A stretch of 64,000 nt of DNA from Gammaproteobacteria bacterium (GTDB lineage: Bacteria > Pseudomonadota > Gammaproteobacteria > Eutrophobiales > Eutrophobiaceae). The stretch is taken from NCBI GenBank assembly GCA_965116495.1, contig OZ220696.1, forward strand, positions 128,001 to 192,000, read 5' to 3'. Each line of letters opens with the position of its first letter. The stretch's first letter is position 1. Below the pieces are notes generated by a model. That model was not told the origin of the DNA. It did no database searches and was given only the letters and a program-made list of their open reading frames with translations. Below, piece after piece: positions 61,073 to 64,000 of this stretch. Both the position numbers and the translations under genes were made by a program.

Positions 61073-62185
61073 ATGATAGATACATCACCGCTCGCTGTGC
61101 GGGATGACCTCAAATCGGCCTTGACCCAGGCCTGGTCGGAAGTGGCACAGACCGGCGCCTGGCTGAGCGGCGAACAACGTCTTGCAATCGCAAACGAAGC
61201 CCGCAACGCATGGCAATGCAAACTCTGCCAACGGCGCAAGGAAGCCCTGTCGCCCTATACCATCGAAGGCGATCATGATCACCTTGGTGCGCTCCCCGAT
61301 GCCTGGATCGAGGCGGTACACCGGATAGTTACCGACTCCGGCCGCATCACTGAGAGTTGGTACGATGCAACCATCGCTGCCGGTATCATTGAAGATGAGT
61401 TCATCGAACTGCTGAGTCTCGTTACAATTGTCACCGGGGCGGACACCTTCATGCGTGCTATCGGGCTCCCACCACTGGTGTTGCCCGCAACAGGGGAACA
61501 AGGCACACCGCCACGAAGGCGACCGGGCGGCGCAAAGACAGGGCCGGGATGGGCGCCAACTATTGCTCCGGAAGACGCCGGCCCCGAACTTGGCGGTTTT
61601 TATGAGACAGGCCCCGCCGCCTATATTCGACGTGCGCTGACCCTGGTTCCCGGCGAAGCAAACCGTTTCTGGCCGCTTTTGAACCAGCTTTACCTGGGTA
61701 ATCCTATGAGAGTTGAGCTCGAGGGTGTCGAGCGCGCAATCTCGCGGGCGCAGATGGAATTCATTGCGACCCGCACCTCGGCCTATCTCGACTGTTTTTA
61801 CTGAACTGCCAGTCATGCAATGCGGCTCAGTTTGAGTGGCGAACATACCGGCGACGAGTACGCGCTTATAGATGCGGTCGGTAAAGGCACAGGGGACAGC
61901 GGCCTGCCCCGGGGAGAGCTTCTCAACGACTTTGTCGAGGCTGTCTGCGCAGGTGATGGCGCGCGCACGGCAGCAGTCCGGCAAAAAATCATCGAAGAGA
62001 TGGGTGAGGCGGCGATAATAGATGCCGCGGCGGTCATCGCAGCATTTAACTGTTACCCGCGCGTTGCCGATGCTACGGGCATCCCCCTGGAGGAAGCCAA
62101 GGCGGCTGCAACCGAAGCCATGCGCGCCGAACTGGGTCTGGATGAGCTTGATGCTCGCAAAAAACCTGGTGAGAAGTGGTCCTGA
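61073..62185 (+). CDS. AhpD/CMD-like protein, probable selenoprotein (Sec at TGA 61802-61804; 370 aa)
   Basis: ORFs 61073-61804 and 61820-62185 are in the same frame. Read-through gives ISRAQMEFIATRTSAYLDCFY-U-TASHAMRL, the AhpD CxxC-xxx-H motif. A hairpin follows the TGA. Confidence 0.8.
61808..61852 (+). promoter_or_regulatory. Putative bacterial SECIS element
   Basis: Lower stem gccagtcatg/cataccggc, upper stem gcggctca/tgagtggc, apical loop GUU with the G 26 nt after the UGA. Confidence 0.65.
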
Positions 62186-62254
62186 TGCCACCCTTCCTTA
62201 TGTTCACCGGATAAATTCACAGGGTACAGATCCTGCCTATTCAAGTCTTATGAA

Positions 62255-62331
62255 TGGTCGGGGTGAGAGGATTTGAACCTCCGGCCCCTGCCTCCCGAAG
62301 GCAGTGCTCTACCAGGCTGAGCTACACCCCG
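62255..62331 (-). tRNA. tRNA-Pro (anticodon CGG)
   Basis: Reverse complement CGGGGTGTAGCTCAGCCTGGTAGAGCACTGCCTTCGGGAGGCAGGGGCCGGAGGTTCAAATCCTCTCACCCCGACCA, 77 nt with encoded CCA. Confidence 0.98.
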
Positions 62332-62451
62332 ATATGGAAATACAGAAAGACCGGCAGACTGGTTAACCCCGTCTGCCGGTTGCAAGTGCGAACTCTACCT
62401 TACAATGGGCTTTGCGTCTACAACCCGATGGGGTCGTACCCTAATCCTGAC

Positions 62452-62476
62452 AGGGACGGATTTAAATCCGTCCCCT
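62452..62476. repeat. REP-like palindrome, family A
   Basis: agggacggatttaaatccgtcccct, downstream of ispB. Confidence 0.75.
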
Positions 62477-62503
62477 ATCTGTGTCATCCACCTGCCGTTC
62501 TAT

Positions 62504-63496
62504 TCAGTAATTCCGCTCGGTAGCAAAGTGGGCCAGCGTGAACAGTGCATTCAGGTATTCGGACCGGGGCAGGCCCTGGAGGGATTGCACGGCTATTTCG
62601 GCCTCCTGGCGGGCACGGTCCCGGGTATAATGGATCGCGCCGGTTGCTGCAATAGCGGCGCAGATTTGTTCCATGTTCTCCAGGCTGCCGCGTTTTATCG
62701 CGTTCCTGATAAGGGTTGCCTGTTCATCCGTACTATGCCAGAGAGCGTATAACAGGGGCAGGGTGGGTTTGCCTTCGGCGAGGTCATCGCCGATATTTTT
62801 GCCCAGGCTCTCACTGGGGGCGCTGTAATCCAGCGCGTCATCGATGAGCTGGTAGGCTATGCCCAGGTGTCTGCCGTAGCTGGACATGGCCTGTTCCGTA
62901 TGCCGGTCCTGCCCGGCGATAACGGCGCCGACCCGGGCTGCAGCCTCAAACAGCTTTGCCGTTTTGTTATGTATGACTTGCAGGTAGCGTAGTTCCGTTG
63001 TTTCCGGATCATGTCGGTTTATGAGTTGCTGTACTTCTCCTTCTGCAATGGTATTGGTGGCGTCGGCCATGATTTCCATGACATGTACGGAACCCACCTC
63101 CACCATCATCTGGAACGCGCGGGAATAGAGAAAATCACCGACCAGGACGCTTGCTTCATTGCCCCAGCGCTGGTTGGCAGTGACCTTGCCCCGGCGCAGC
63201 ATGGAGGCATCGACCACGTCGTCATGCAACAGGGTGGCCGTATGGATAAACTCGATGACTGCAGCAAGCTTGATATGCAGGTTCTCTCTATAGGTAAAAC
63301 AGTTGGCGCTGAGCAATACCAGCGCCGGCCGCAGTCTTTTACCGCCGCTGTTGACGATGTAATGGCCTAATTGGTCGATTAGCCCGATCTCGGAATGCAG
63401 TTTTTCCTGTATCAGCGCGTCCACCTTCTGCATATCGTCCCTGATCAGTGCCTGAAGCGACTCAAGACCGGGTTCCCGTACGGCTACTGCACTCAT
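62504..63496 (-). CDS. ispB: Octaprenyl-diphosphate synthase
   Basis: GGKRLRP, HTATLLHDDVVD, YQLIDDALD, DDLAEGKPTLP; divergent from rplU. Confidence 0.96.
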   Translation of the reverse strand: MSAVAVREPGLESLQALIRDDMQKVDALIQEKLHSEIGLIDQLGHYIVNSGGKRLRPALVLLSANCFTYRENLHIKLAAVIEFIHTATLLHDDVVDASMLRRGKVTANQRWGNEASVLVGDFLYSRAFQMMVEVGSVHVMEIMADATNTIAEGEVQQLINRHDPETTELRYLQVIHNKTAKLFEAAARVGAVIAGQDRHTEQAMSSYGRHLGIAYQLIDDALDYSAPSESLGKNIGDDLAEGKPTLPLLYALWHSTDEQATLIRNAIKRGSLENMEQICAAIAATGAIHYTRDRARQEAEIAVQSLQGLPRSEYLNALFTLAHFATERNY

Positions 63497-63593
63497 GACA
63501 TTTCAATATTCTGCGGAAGCATGAAGCGATAATAGCATGTTGCCGGACCGGCATCGTGCGAATTTAAGTGTGATCCCTCCCGGTAAAAAACTT

Positions 63594-63665
63594 TGGGGTC
63601 AGAGTAAAAACTCATGAGATTCATGGTTAAACTGTACATTCCGCCGGGTTTTTCCTCTGACCCCA
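63594..63665. repeat. MITE-like inverted-repeat element, family B
   Basis: tggggtcagagtaaaaac...gtttttcctctgacccca. Confidence 0.78.
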
Positions 63666-63777
63666 TATATCGCAGTTGCTACTTGTACGGAGTGAAATAG
63701 TTTTATACAATTGCCCGTTTAACGTGTGCGGTAATCCGCACCGGACCGAATCATTATATTATATCTATGGAGTAGTT

Positions 63778-64000
63778 ATGTACGCTGTCATAAAGACCGG
63801 TGGAAAGCAATACAAAGTGCAGGAAGGTGATACCCTCCGGGTAGAGAAGATCAATGCGGAAGAAGGTGGTGAAATTACCCTCGACGATGTCCTGATGGTG
63901 GCTGACGGCGATGATATTTCGGTTGGCTCCCCCATATTGGCCGGTGCGACGGTCGCAGCAACGGTACAGTCCCATGGCCGGGGAGAGAAAATCAAGGTGG
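63778..64000 (+). CDS. rplU: 50S ribosomal protein L21, 5' part (runs off the window end)
   Basis: Manual translation [25 protein letters not shown]...HGRGEKIKV; GGAG RBS upstream. Confidence 0.97.
   Translation, partial: MYAVIKTGGKQYKVQEGDTLRVEKINAEEGGEITLDDVLMVADGDDISVGSPILAGATVAATVQSHGRGEKIKV

Noticed and set aside
61820-62185. Independent 121-aa gene
   Set aside because: It has no RBS, is in frame with the upstream ORF across a TGA and completes its motif, so it is treated as the C-terminal part of a selenoprotein.
61085-62191. 368-aa antisense ORF
   Set aside because: It is the shadow of the AhpD-like gene and has no motifs of its own.
46300-62254. Prophage or ICE integrated at tRNA-Pro
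   Set aside because: No integrase, phage or conjugation genes, and no duplicated tRNA 3' end found by eye.
62350-62380. Hairpin accggcagac/gtctgccggt as a terminator
   Set aside because: No clear U-tract, and it lies just upstream of the tRNA; role unclear.
62254-62523. ORF MVGVRGFEPPAPASRRQCS
   Set aside because: It is an antisense translation of tRNA-Pro.

Overview
A gene-dense window from a Gammaproteobacterium with a moderately high-GC backbone. Most of it is core genes: msrPQ, purL, purB, tas, pyrC-rnt, gyrA-serC-pheA-hisC-tyrA-aroA-cmk-rpsA-ihfB-lapA, mfd, glyA-nrdR-ribD-nusB-thiL, dacB, ispB and rplU. It also carries an Anbu/alpha-E/circularly permuted ATP-grasp module, an orphan Sfp-type PPTase and many small palindromic or MITE-like intergenic elements. 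An accessory region (~46.3-62.2 kb) ends at the 3' end of tRNA-Pro(CGG). Main observations: (1) a GPP34 (GOLPH3/Vps74-like) domain fused to a cytochrome P450, preceded by an unannotated mini-ORF that reads as the joined N- and C-termini of a KshA/Neverland-type Rieske oxygenase and convergent with an RND pump, a candidate sterol/lipid-modifying system; (2) two called ORFs at 61073-62185 that are in frame across a TGA, giving an AhpD-like C-F-Y-U-x-x-x-H motif followed by a SECIS-like hairpin, so probably one selenoprotein; (3) a palindromic repeat inserted in frame in purL; (4) repeats that supply start or stop codons of core genes. All family assignments come from motif recognition by eye; no searches were run.
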